A stretch of 63,756 nt of DNA, filler included, from Octopus bimaculoides (taxonomy: Eukaryota), in NCBI RefSeq assembly GCF_001194135.2. It is 3 parts of 3 records of this genome, joined end to end, with 100 filler letters (N's around TTAATTAATTAA, not from the genome) between each part and the next. Parts side by side here need not be neighbours in the genome. Positions count along the whole stretch, not along the records: positions 1 to 19,103 come from NC_068983.1; positions 19,204 to 45,432 come from NC_068990.1; 1 more part is not named here. One strand, given 5' to 3'. The position numbers were made by a program, and so were the translations under genes. The notes below the pieces were generated by a model. That model did no database searches, was not told the DNA's origin, and saw nothing but the letters and a program-made list of their open reading frames with translations. Shown here piece after piece: positions 11,882-23,200 of the stretch (its first letter is position 1; the number at the start of each line of letters is the position of its first letter).

Positions 11882-12286
11882 AGTCATTCATGAAGAAAAG
11901 ATGATTTAAAGAGGATACATTTCTGCATAGTTTGTAAGCCATGTTGACTTTCATGTGCACAACAACAAATAACAAAAGGAAAAAGGAATCACTCAGCAAG
12001 ATGCATCTTTTATCAGCTGCATTCCTCAGTGATTTCAGCTTCCATCATCATATTTTCCAATGTGTCATATTAGCATTAAGGATGTTTAGGAGGTTTGCAA
12101 CTCTGCCAAACATTCTGAACGACTCCACAATCCAAGTCCTGGGGGTCAATGTAATACTTCCCTAAAATTGCTGGCATTGTTCCAAAATTTTAAACTATTA
12201 TATTCCATATCAGTTAACTGCAACGTCGTCTTAAGGTTGGGTGTTCATAAGTCTCAAGTCTCAAAAGTTTTTCTTATTTTCCTAGC

Positions 12287-12680
12287 AGGCGTACGAGTTG
12301 CTATGTGGTAAGTAGCTGGCTTACCAACCACATGGTTCTGAGCTCATTCTCACTGCGTGGCACCTTGGGCAAGTGTCTTCTACTATAGCCTCGGGTTGAC
12401 CAAAGCTTTGTGAGTGGATTTGGTAGATGGAAACTGAAGGAAGCCTGTCGTATATATATATATGTATGTGTATATGTTTGTGTGTTTGTACCCCTACCAT
12501 CGCATGACAACCGATAGTGGTGTGTTTACGTCTCCATAACTTAGCGGTTTGGCAAAAGAAACCGGTAGAATAATTACTAGGCTTACAAAGAATAAGTCCT
12601 GGGGTCGATTTGCTCGACTAAAGGCGGTGCTCCAGCATGGCCGCAGTCAAATGACTGAAACAAAAGAGTAAAAGAGTAGA
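12287..12680 (+). mobile_element. SINE family A, full length
   Basis: tRNA-like head (GTGTGGTAAG...CAACCACATGGTTC), CCTTGGGCAAGTGTCTT core, central (TA/TG)n, and (AAAAGAGT)n tail. Other copies at about 9535(+), 14085(-), 14350(-), 31250(-), 32475(+), 37930(+), 45180(-), 47135(+), 53030(+) and 57170(-). Confidence 0.9.
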
Positions 12681-12689
12681 AAAAAAAGT

Positions 12690-13030
12690 TGAACTTTTCT
12701 GCAGATTATCCCTAGGAGTCTCAATTCCAATATTCTTCAGCCCCTTAGCTAACAGTTTAGGGTGTTATGCGATGTGTGCCAATTACTGCAGAAATTATTG
12801 TCATCTTAGATTTCCATGATCTCTTCATCTATTTGGCTAGGTTCTAATATTTCTCCTTTCTCTCAATTTCTTTGGAACCTGCTGTTATCGTAGAGAATTG
12901 CAAAGTCTATAATCATGCACTGCTTCTTTTGTCCTCTGTAATCATATCTGGTCTCTTTGCTTCAACAGTATTGTCAGTGTTCATGAGGGAAGCCCCATAA
13001 AATCCTGTTCTTCTTATTCTGCATTGCAGC
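12690..13030 (-). mobile_element. R4/Dong-type RLE fragment
   Basis: Decayed PDMI...KEKSSA*L*TLQ...EIEKGEILEP...KMTIISAVIG...KGLKNIGI...NLQK. Confidence 0.55.
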
Positions 13031-13327
13031 CTCATAATTATTATTAATATAAAGATTAGCAGCATCATTAGAAAGTCAGGAAAAATGTCTTGGAATATTT
13101 CTTATATATTTAGGATGATGAAGTGGCAGAATGGTTAGCACACCAAGCAAACTGTTAAGTGGCATTTCATCTGTCTTTACATTCTGAGTTCAAATTCCAC
13201 TGAGGTCAACTTTGCCTTTCATCCTTTCAAGGTCTATAAAATAAGTACCAGTTGAGCACTGGGGTTGATAGAACCAACTTATCCCCTCCCTGAAATTGCT
13301 GGCTTGGTTCCAAAATTTGAAACCAAT

Positions 13328-13546
13328 TTAATCCTTTCGATACCAACCCAGCTAAAACTGCATCTGGCTCTGTAGTACAAATGTGTTGTTTTCATAAGTT
13401 TTGAATTAAAATCTTCCACCAAACCTTAATCACAATTTATGTTCTTATGAATGATTAAGTTGTTTCACTAAATTCTTTGTTATATTTAAAATTAATTGAA
13501 AGAAACACAGAGCATCTCAAAATAAATACTGTAATGTAAGGGATAA
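13328..13546 (+). mobile_element. TTAA-CCCTTT-type MITE (piggyBac-like ends)
   Basis: TTAATCCTTT...AAGGGATAA termini. A related-type element lies at 24863-25063. Confidence 0.5.
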
Positions 13547-13889
13547 AGAGGGTGGGTTAACAGCATCATTAGCATGTCCGAAAAAATATCTTGCAGTTTC
13601 CTTCTACCAATATTCCATTAGCAAGGAATTAACCCAACACAACAAGGCTACATTGGAAGACACTCCCCTAAGATTCAATTCCTTTAAATCAAGCTTCCAA
13701 TGACAAAGTTGCGAAGCAAATTTTTCCACCATAGAGCTGTTCCTGTATCTGTACCAAAATACATATATACAATGAAATGAGAAGACATATTTACAGTATG
13801 TATTGACCCAGGAAGACCTGGGATGAGGTGGTGAAGCAGACCCAAGAAGACCTAGGATGAGGTGGTGACGAGACTCAGGAAGACCTCCA

Positions 13890-14070
13890 CCTTTGTAAAC
13901 ATAAGGACACAGGAAATGTGTCAAGGCCCACAGGAAGCGGTGCAGCTTCCTACATCTAACCAACAGTAGTATTATTCCCTTCAAGGGACTGTCACATTAA
14001 GTTGACAGCATACAACTACTTCCTCATATCACTACTGCATAAATCTCTGAGAGATTTAGAAATGTATTAT
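13890..14070 (+). mobile_element. Half copy of the foldback element at 60340-60850
   Basis: TGTAAACATAAGGACACAGGAAATGTGTCAAGGCC...GAGATTTAGAAATGTA is near-identical to 60676-60850. Confidence 0.85.
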
Positions 14071-14784
14071 TTCTAAGAAAGAATTCTTTCAGTTTCCATC
14101 TACCAAACTCCACTCACAAGGCTTTGGTCAGCCTGAGGCTATAGTAGAAGACACTTGCCCAAGGTGTCACAATAGGACTGACCCCGGAACCATGTGGTTG
14201 GTAAGCAAGCTACTTACCACACAGCCACTCCTGTGCCTTTGAAGGGTTTTAGTTAAAGAAAGCAACCCTAGTACATATTTTTCTTTTTAAGTCTGGTACA
14301 TATACTACTGGTCACTTTTTCTGAGCTGCTAAGTTACAGGGACACAAACAAAACAACATCGGTTTACAAACAGTACAGGATGGAGAAACACAGACACACA
14401 CACACACACACACGTGATGAGCTTCCACACAGTTTCCATCTGCCAAATTCATTCACAAGGCATTGGTCAGCTTGGGGCTATTATAGAAAACATTTGTTCA
14501 AGGTGCTGTGCAGGGGAGTTGAACCCAAACCCACATTTTTGCAAACTGAACCTCTTAACCAGGCCTTCCATGCCAGTGTGTGTGTGTGTGTATTATATAA
14601 ACTAAATGCCTATTTAATATGAATGTATATTCTATCATTGTTTATAGATCTTAACAGTTTCCTTAATAGCCTCTGCTATAAATAGGTTTTTGGCATAATC
14701 ATAACTTTATTTAATATATATCTGCATGTGCATGTGTGTCTGTAGCATCAGAAAATAAATACCAGAGTAAAATAATTTTCTCCA

Positions 14785-14818
<34 letters not shown>

Positions 14819-15211
14819 TCCCCATATATATTCCTATAGATTCCATATATACATCGATGCAGTAGAAACGTGTGGGTCTATTTGAAGCTGCATATGTATA
14901 AAAAAAAAAGGAATTAGAGATAATGCTATACTACTTCGTAATAATCCATATTATTATTATTATAATTTATATATATATATATATATATATATAACCTTTC
15001 AAAATGACATTATACATTACATATCATTCATCTATATTTTCATGCATCTACAATATATGGATTTTATCTCATTCTCATCTTTTTATGAATACTCATGTAT
15101 TATGCATTTGGGCTATTGCATACATGATATCTTTACCGTGTGTGTGTATGTGTAAGAACTTACTGTGGACAAGGCTACGTGGTGTTCAATTATAAATACA
15201 TAAAAAATACA

Positions 15212-15300
15212 CATTAAATACAGGACATCACCAACGAGTGAAAAATACATCTTGCGTGTTTACGTATTTTTCACTCGTTAGCGATGTCCTTCACTTAATG
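15212..15300 (-). other. About 37-bp stem hairpin (pre-miRNA-like or tiny MITE)
   Basis: 26-bp upper stem, 15-nt loop, and about 11-bp imperfect lower stem. The two upper-stem mismatches on the plus strand are G-U pairs on the minus strand. Confidence 0.55.
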
Positions 15301-15386
15301 TGGATTTTTTTATATATATATGTATGTATGCATATTATATATACATATACTATGTATATATGTGTGTATGTTTATACGTATGCATG

Positions 15387-15420
<34 letters not shown>

Positions 15421-15504
15421 ATATACATGCATATATATAAACGCATATACATAGCATATATAAATATAACGTGCATACATGCATATCCATGTATATATAT
15501 TATA

Positions 15505-15640
15505 GGGAGAATTCACCAAAAAAAGCAAAAGACGAAGACAGGTGGTGTAGACAACGCTCGGGAAATGGAAAAGTCTTTAACGTTTCGAGCCTACAGAAAG
15601 GAACACAGAAAGAAACAAAGAGGGGAAAAACAGAATGTGT
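15505..15640 (-). mobile_element. Penelope-like terminal repeat with internally deleted HHR
   Basis: CTTT-CTG-[deletion]-TAGGCTC-GAAAC-GTT-AAAG, with stem I CUUU/AAAG and palindromic ACGU. Confidence 0.45.
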
Positions 15641-16056
15641 AGTGGCTAGCGATATATGATGGCGAATATATATTATATATACATGCATGTATGCACACTA
15701 TATATGTGTGTGTGTGTGTGTTTATACATATATAAGAAAAAAGGAAAACCTTTGTTGCAGTGCACCTAATTAGTGCTCAATGGAAGAAAAATATAACATA
15801 AATCAAAGTGGATGACAGATTTTCGTAGGTCAACTTCCTTTATCATGGCAATACATAAGAAAAATTCATCGAGATGTTGGGTTTCAAGCGCCCTAATATT
15901 ACAATCCAAAGAAAAGCACTATTACAAAATCTTATGATCGTTTTCAAGAATGCATTTGTATTGGGCGAGTTTTCCAGCCGATACAAATAGTCGTGTTTGT
16001 CTCATCAGAGGTACAAATAAATTGATTAAAATAGTTTAAAATATCTCCTGCAGAGG

Positions 16057-16295
16057 TAAAGATAACGGACCGCACCCGCTTTGAGAAATTTTTTTTTTTT
16101 ACAAGAACCCACTATATCGAGTGCGGGGATTCCGAATCTGCAAAAACATCTGCATTTCGAAACTTAAATTTCCCCTACCCACCCCAATTTCTTAAATTTG
16201 CATTTAAAAATAATTTTTTTTTTTTACAAGAACCCACTATATCGAGTGCGGGGATTCCGAATCTGCAAAAACATCTGCATTTCGAAACTTAAATT
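16057..16295 (+). repeat. Left inverted-repeat arm with a local tandem duplicate
   Basis: GGACCGCACC...CACTATATCGAGTGCGG...CCGAATCTGCAAAAA is repeated at 16098-16180 and 16220-16295, and inverted at 18241-18334. Confidence 0.85.
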
Positions 16296-17469
16296 NNNNN
16301 NNNNNTTCAATTTTTCAAAAAAATTCAAATAAAAGATAAAACTCCCCCTCCTCCTATGACAAGTGAAATGAAAGTACTTGCTCTACTATTGTATTGCGCA
16401 TGCGTAGAATTATACTAAAATAGCAGACGTCGCAGAAAGTATACGTTTTCAAAATTTTAATACGAATTTACGCCCCACCCCTAATTTCTTAATTTTTCAC
16501 TTATTTTAGAAATATTTTTTGGCGAAATACGAAGGAAGATACGGCGATTATGATTCTAAAAAAGAAAATTTCAATTTTTCAAAAGAAAAAAATTAAACAC
16601 CCCTCCCCTCCACCCTATAATAGAAAGTGAAATTTCCCACCCCCCTTTTTCTTTGCCAGGGGTGCAAGTTTTAAAAACGTGTTTTGGAGGTTTTCAAAAT
16701 CTTCAAATCGGAAATCTGACAAGCTAGAAACAACAGCCAAAACGAATTTAACTTTCAAAATACGAATTATCAAAAAAGAAAAGAAATTTCATGTCAGTGT
16801 GTGTGTGTGTGTAAAAAAAAATGTAATTTTTACATACCTCTCTTAATTCCAAATAACCCTCACCACAACATGTTGGGTGATATTCGTCATGAAACATTCA
16901 CTCTACCCACTGCAGTATCTTTTCACAGACTCCAGTGTTGGACAGTTTCTTCAACAGTTTTAATAATGGTCATCATGCTTTATTTTCTTCTTGATTCTTC
17001 TTATCTTTTTAATAATCGCTCTTCTATTTCTAGGTATTCTGCACTTAAATTTTTTTACTGATCTGAATGGGGTTGAGGTGGGAAAACCGGTTTTCACGCT
17101 GGGAAGGTTGAAGTCCCCCTTCATTAATATGTTGTCAGCATAACACTGATGCGTGAAACACTTAATACTATTGAGGCATTCCTTAGAGCGAAGTAGAGGA
17201 GTCAGGTGTGGTCTATAGAGCCCAGCTATAGAAATTGTTTAGCTCCCAAGAAATTTTCGTGTATTTGTAACGTTGATCGCAAAAGAGAAACATTTATGAA
17301 GATGTACAGATAACTAAGTTTTCTTTACAGACCATAATTGCAATTATCTATATAAGGCAGAAAACACATGAAGAGAGCTTGGAAAATTAAGGAAAAACGT
17401 ATTTAGACTCATTTACTGTCAAAAAGAAATTCGAAAAAAAGCACATAGAAATGTTATAAGAATTGTCAT

Positions 17470-18230
17470 TTACATACCTTTCAAAAACCGTTGTGGATAA
17501 ATTTCGGCCACTTGTTTGACGAAGGTCTTATAGTTCTCCCACGAACGGTCACACGTCATGTTATACAGATCTCTATACATTGCTTCGTCAATATGAGACG
17601 ATCGCATATCCCCACTAGACCCGAATTTGTATTTCAGTCTTTTAATTCGGTTCCAGTATGTCTCAACTCTATTTGTACATACACCACTCTCGGGGGTCTA
17701 TAAAATTCCGAGAGTGCTTGACAGTGCCGTGAATGTAGCAAAGTCTTTCAAGGTTTCGGTAACCGTCCCACTGGTCTGTAAATATTGTAGACCCTGGTTC
17801 TATATTTTCCAGAATGAGTGCCTCCAGTGTTTCTGCCTTTCTGTCTTGAACGTGTTTCAGATATGAAGTTAACTTTTTTTTTTGGTGGGGGGTGTATTTT
17901 CGTAGAAACCAACAACCAAGAACGACTGTATCACATACCCTACTTCATTTTTTCTACGGAATATCAAACTTTCATCTACTTCAAACATGATTCGGGCCAC
18001 CCAATTCTTTTTGTATTTCAGCAACTTCTGCGAACAGATTTCACGGCAATATTCATACCATTATATTGCAGTGACTTTACTTACATCGTTTGCACACATA
18101 GAACTGGTTACCAGTGTTTCGAAAATGAAGTCGAATATGATATGAAATATTCGGTAAACAGAAAGTCTACTTCTCTCCAAAAATGAATCCTTTCGGATTG
18201 AAACTTTTCCATTCCAAAATTGGTGGGGAG
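17470..18230 (-). pseudogene. Merlin (IS1016/ISXO2-like) DDE transposase pseudogene
   Basis: KVSIRKDSFLERSRLS...; LGGPNHV/EVDESLIFRRKNEVG; VQDRKAETLEALILENIEPGSTIFTDQWDGYRNL; HSRNFIDP/ESGVCTNRVETYWNRIK. One stop and at least two frameshifts. Confidence 0.85.
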
Positions 18231-18240
18231 GATTAAAATT

Positions 18241-18334
18241 TTTTTTGCAGATTCGGAATTTCCGCACTCGATATAGTGGATTCCTGTAAAAAAAATTTTT
18301 TTAATCTCGAAGAGGGTGCGGTCCATTGTCTTTA
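18241..18334 (-). repeat. Right inverted-repeat arm
   Basis: Reverse complement of 16057-16146 at roughly 80% identity by eye. Confidence 0.85.
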
Positions 18335-18511
18335 GCTCCGCCACATCGAGTGATATATTTTTTAAAACAAAAGTATAATAGTATTTTTTAAAAAGTTCGT
18401 AAAGATATAGAAAAGCTTTGTGAAGTAAAAGATTTGTGGGAATAAAATTAAGTTAAAGATAAAATTAAGTTAAAAATAAAATGACGACTCAAATTTCGGC
18501 TTAAACCGGGT

Positions 18512-19103
18512 TAATTTTCTTTTATTTCCTAATAAATAGGATACATAGAGGGGACGAACTAGGACAGACAAGGGGGAACATATAGATCGTTGAGCCTTTT
18601 TACAGATGATTTAACGAATGATTTTAACATGAGAATAATATATTATAATGTGATGATGTTATTGTTTTAAAAATTTGATTACTTTTGGGTTCGGGGGTGT
18701 CCCACAAACCCGCCGGTTGATTTTTTTTTTTTCCTTTTTCTTTTCCCATTTCTTTTCCTTCTATGCCCGGTCCGACCATGTTGGCCCCTTGCATACACAA
18801 CTTTCTTGCGACATCCTTCCATCTTTTGGCAAATACTCTTTGCAACAAGCTCCTCCTCTCCAGACGGATCTTGGAAACAAGATGGGCGGTGAAGTAGTTC
18901 ACCAGCCCTCGTCTGGAGATGAATTGTCCTGTCGCAATTCCTTCCGAGTGCGTCTTCCATACCGTTTCTTTCACTATGGTTATTACGCAGAAAAATGCTG
19001 CCTTCCTCTCTTTGGAAAAGGAGGAAGGCGGTACCATCTTAATCATGAATTCAGTCGAGAGTCGTACTCTTTCTGTATCCAACATCAGCTGTTCGGCATA
19101 GGC
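18512..19103 (-). mobile_element. Tx1/L1-clade LINE ORF2 C-terminus and 3' UTR
   Basis: FFCVITIVKETVWKTHSEGIATG...LVNYFTAHLVSKIRLERRSL...FAKRWKDVA resembles Tx1-type ORF2 ends (KxxIWxxR...F...W). A-rich 3' end; truncated by a gap. Confidence 0.65.
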
Positions 19104-19147
19104 NNNNNNNNNNNNNNNNNNNNNNNNNNNNNNNNNNNNNNNNNNNN

Positions 19148-19159
19148 TTAATTAATTAA
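19148..19159. other. Assembly linker TTAATTAATTAA
   Basis: 44 N + 12-mer + 44 N = 100 nt. Identical arrangement at 45477-45488. Confidence 0.9.
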
Positions 19160-19884
19160 NNNNNNNNNNNNNNNNNNNNNNNNNNNNNNNNNNNNNNNNN
19201 NNNGGTGTAAAATTAATATAAGCATCAAATACCATAAAGAGTAATTTCTTACATAGGGCCAAGGCCATAAATTCGGGAGTAGGAGTTAACTCGATTATAT
19301 CGACCCCAATACTTAACTGGTACTTTAGGAAAGACGACGGGAGGGGGGGGGGCGGAAGTCTTGCCGTACTTTATTTTATCCACCCTTGAAGAATGGTTGA
19401 ATCTGGACACACAACGTTAAACTAAACCCCGTAAATCTTTATCCAGTTCAAACGATTCTGTCGATCCATGATATTTTTTAAAATAGCACCAATAAAATTA
19501 CTGATAATAGTAATAAAGAAGAATAAATATGCATCGAGAAGCAATGAAAAGCAGACTCCTCTTAAAGTGTCGTCGTCTCGTAAAAAAAAAAAAACGAAAT
19601 GCTAATAGCAATAACAAAGAACAATAAAGACTACAGGACACGTTCGCGTTTAGAAATGTTTACAATTGAGGATGCGGTGGAGAGGGAGGGAGAAAACTTG
19701 TCAAAAATCAATTTGAGACGTAAATGACATTAGCTTTATACATGAGGATTGCTTATAAAAACATAAACAAACAAAAAACAGAGACAACACTATGTTATCC
19801 AGCGAACAGATATCTAACGCGAGAAACCATAAAAGATTATGTAAACATTCTGATAATCAAATAGTATCTAACATATACAACCAG

Positions 19885-21396
19885 GAGGCTTCATCGCGGT
19901 CGTTTAACATAATAGAAATAGCGGCCAAATGTTCCTGAAATCACACCATACCGTCTTTAAAAAAATGGAATCTTCGATTAAAAAAAAAACTAAAACAACA
20001 AAAAAAAACGTGATGGTCACGACTGGGAACAACTTTGGTTATAAGTGTTCGATTAGAAACAGATCGAGTTGGCTTAAGTAATAACAATACAAATTATGAC
20101 GGCGGTGGTGATGGTGAGTTCTGAGCAACAAGACCAACTATATAGTAGGATACGAACTATTTCCAGATCTCAGTATAGAGCTGGTATTTTGTTTCTTCCT
20201 CTTAAGGAAGATGAAAACTCTGTTCCTGGAGGGGCAATGACAAATGGTATAATTGCATTTTAGTCCGATCCGCTATAGTCTCGACTGTAATAACAACAAA
20301 ACCATGATTCATCCGACAAGATATTACAAATTTCGAGGTCACACGCAGAGATGGACTGTTTTGTTCGTTGAACAAAAATAAAATCATTTAAAGCGAAATC
20401 ATTAAACAAAACTAATTACAGCTTAATAATACGCATTCACACCATACACAATGATGTTGACATTGTAAGTACACAAATATTCTTAAAATACTCTTAATAA
20501 AGAAACTAAAGAACACGGTAGTTATTGTTTAACCCATCCCCACCCCAGGTCAGTCCGGATGAGCAGACTTATAATCAAAGGTGTACCAGCCAGGACCATC
20601 CTGTCGTTTTTAAGGGTGTCTAGGAATATGCTATCCAATTTGCCCTTCCCTTTTTCCAAGATGGTAGTGTGATTTGAGGAGGATCCGGCTGCTATTTCTA
20701 GGAGGTCGATCGACCATGTAGAGGCCTCGTGAGATGGCTCGAATCAACAAGGTAGTTTGAGATAGGGTGCAAATACGTGGAAATGTTCGTGCGCGTGCTT
20801 GTATCTGTGTGTGTGTGTATTTTATATATATATATGTGTGTGTGTAAGAAGCATATGTCTAAAAACTGAAAATAGTACTAAACAATTTAAAGAAGGGGGA
20901 GAATACACAAACGAGCCGCATTCATTCAGAACATTAAATGCTCGAATATATCGGTCAAATTCCTAACAGGAAGTGGAAACAAAAACAAGAACAGCAACAA
21001 CGACGACGATGATGACGACAAATACCAAAGAGATTGTTTAAAACTCTGGAAGGACACAATGTCTCCCCCGAGTTTGAAGAAAAAAAATAATAAAAAGGAC
21101 ACTCTAGGGACATAAACAAGTTTCGATTAATCACCACTAACCACGAACTACAACAAACACAGATATACACATGGGAAATAACTAGTAGAAAATGAGTAAC
21201 AGGGCTGAATAATAAGTTCTCCTAAGAAAATTATAAAGGTTAAAACGAAATAGTATACAAATATTCCTATAAATAGAATAACAAACAAACGTGTTAGTGC
21301 ATTTTTTTCTGTCCATTTCAACTATGACAACAGTATGAAATCAGGGACTTATTAAAAGAAATAGACATTGACTATTATATTGTGTGTGTGTGTGTA

Positions 21397-21440
<44 letters not shown>

Positions 21441-21805
21441 GGTGGCTTGTTACTATTTTAGTAAAACATTTGTCAGTATATGAATATTGTGTCTTTAATG
21501 ACATATTGTATAACAAACGATGGATATGGATGGACAGACAAGTCGGAAGACTGATAACACAGTAGAGATGGTGGTGGTGGTGGTGGTAAAACAATGATAA
21601 CATCGAGTCAAAAGAAAACAGCGACAACCACATAAGAAAAAAAACGACAAAACCAACGAGGCGGCTTGTTACGCAGTCGCTTCACCAGCTAGAAATAGCA
21701 CCTAGATCTCCCTCAAATTATTACCAATGAAAGGGACGGGATGATCTTAACTAGAATGGCTTTGATTATAAGTTTGCTCTATCAGGGTTGACCTGGGCTA
21801 TATAA
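19885..21805. mobile_element. Three copies of repeat family D (19885-20075 +, 20520-20735 -, 21655-21805 +)
   Basis: Shared TAGAAATAGC..CC.AAT.T.CC(T)CAAAT and ATCAGGGTTGACCTGGG / CCAGGTCAGTCCGGAT motifs. Confidence 0.65.
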
Positions 21806-22053
21806 TAGCAAGAAGCACGGAAGTAATGAAAGGAAAAAGAAAAAAATATATATAATAATAAATAAATAAAATGTATGTGAGAAAGAAAGAGAGTGAGAGA
21901 GAGAGCAGAAGTGCAAATCAACAATAGTTCGAAACCGAAGGAAGACTATAAAGGACCACAACAGCTTCATTGTAGTATATCACTGAGTTTTTAGCTAAGG
22001 ATACGTTGTATAAATTCTATATCTTGCTGACCGAACCTCTGTGTGCGAGATCT

Positions 22054-22086
<33 letters not shown>

Positions 22087-22087
22087 G

Positions 22088-22147
<60 letters not shown>

Positions 22148-22899
22148 GGATGTGCCTAAGCCAAGAGCATAAGCGAGCAAAGGGAAGGTATTATAGAGAA
22201 GTAAAAGGAATAACAGGCTGAAATAGACAAGTGACTTTATTATCCCATTAAAATCTATTATTCGATTCGTTTCTTATTTACTCTAAGATTTCTAATGGTA
22301 TTTCTAAGAGGTCCTGTTTGAGTTTGTGTTACTTTCAGACCATTTGTCTCCTTGGTGTGGTGGAAGCAGTCAGCTAACAGGGATATTTCCAATGGTATAA
22401 TAAATGACAATAATATTGAATATTTAAATATTATTTCCAAGTCAACATTCTAAATATAACGCATAGAATGCAATATGAAATTGAAGCATGTTTATTTTGC
22501 TGTTGATTTACTCGTATTAAAAATTTTAAATTCATATGTATAATTCAAGTGAAGGCTCAAACACAGAGCAGATAATTTAGCAAAATACAAAAACATGACT
22601 GGCTAAGTTGATAGTGCATGTATAAATAAAGAGGAAAATAAGGATCCACCAGAATGATTTACAGAAACAATAATACTTTTACGCGACTAGATTAGGTGGC
22701 TGTTATTTCTTTTCGGAATGCATTTTCTTTTGTCAACTGTGAGAAAAGATACAGTATTAATTCGTCAACAGTGAAAAAGGATAGCGTATTTACTAATGTG
22801 CAAATTGGGTCCCCAACAACAAGAAAGAAAAAAAAAAGAGCGGTATTGAATGAGAGAAGGGATACGCTTAAATAAGGAGGAAAACACGTCTCTAATTTA

Positions 22900-23200
22900 T
22901 GGTACCCACTGTATTGCCAGACATACAATATCGCTTATATTTACTGAAACGTTAGGTAAAAGCCTCTTGGTCACTTCCATACTCCTTTATACTTTCAAAA
23001 GTAACTAGAAAAGTACAAACCTGGACCTTTTTTTTCCCCTGACCGGCTGACGGTCGGTGGTGAGTGGCCATGATGTTTTGAGCTGCAGCAGTGACGTCAT
23101 CAGAATATGCGTAGTTTTTTAGTGCAATCGACAACATGTCTTGACGTAATCAAAAATGAATTACTTTGTACTTAGCTTCGTTTGTCCGTTTAATAATAGT
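22900..23200. promoter_or_regulatory. CpG-rich promoter-like region with CRE sites
   Basis: TGACGTCA at 23092-23099 and TGACGTAA at 23142-23149. CpG-rich, non-repetitive, and at the edge of a CpG-poor domain. Confidence 0.45.
23021..23071 (-). CDS. Candidate first coding exon MATHHRPSAGQGKKKVQ
   Basis: Strong start context AAAACATC-ATG-G just downstream of the CRE on the minus strand. Donor CAG|GTTTGT. Confidence 0.4.

Noticed and set aside
13805-13890. Three ~33-nt direct repeats resembling a CRISPR-like array
   Set aside because: No unique spacers. It is a slippage triplication of the RTE segment encoding RPRKTWDEVVK.
13604-13984. 126-aa minus-strand ORF
   Set aside because: Its 5' half is foldback and RTE repeat sequence. 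The 3' part (13604-13748) could be an exon, but I found no phase-consistent link to neighbours.
20207-21110. Plus-strand exon pair EDENSVPGGAMTN / GSGNKNKNS...DTLGT*
   Set aside because: Weak donor, low-complexity second exon and no homology recognised. Insufficient support.
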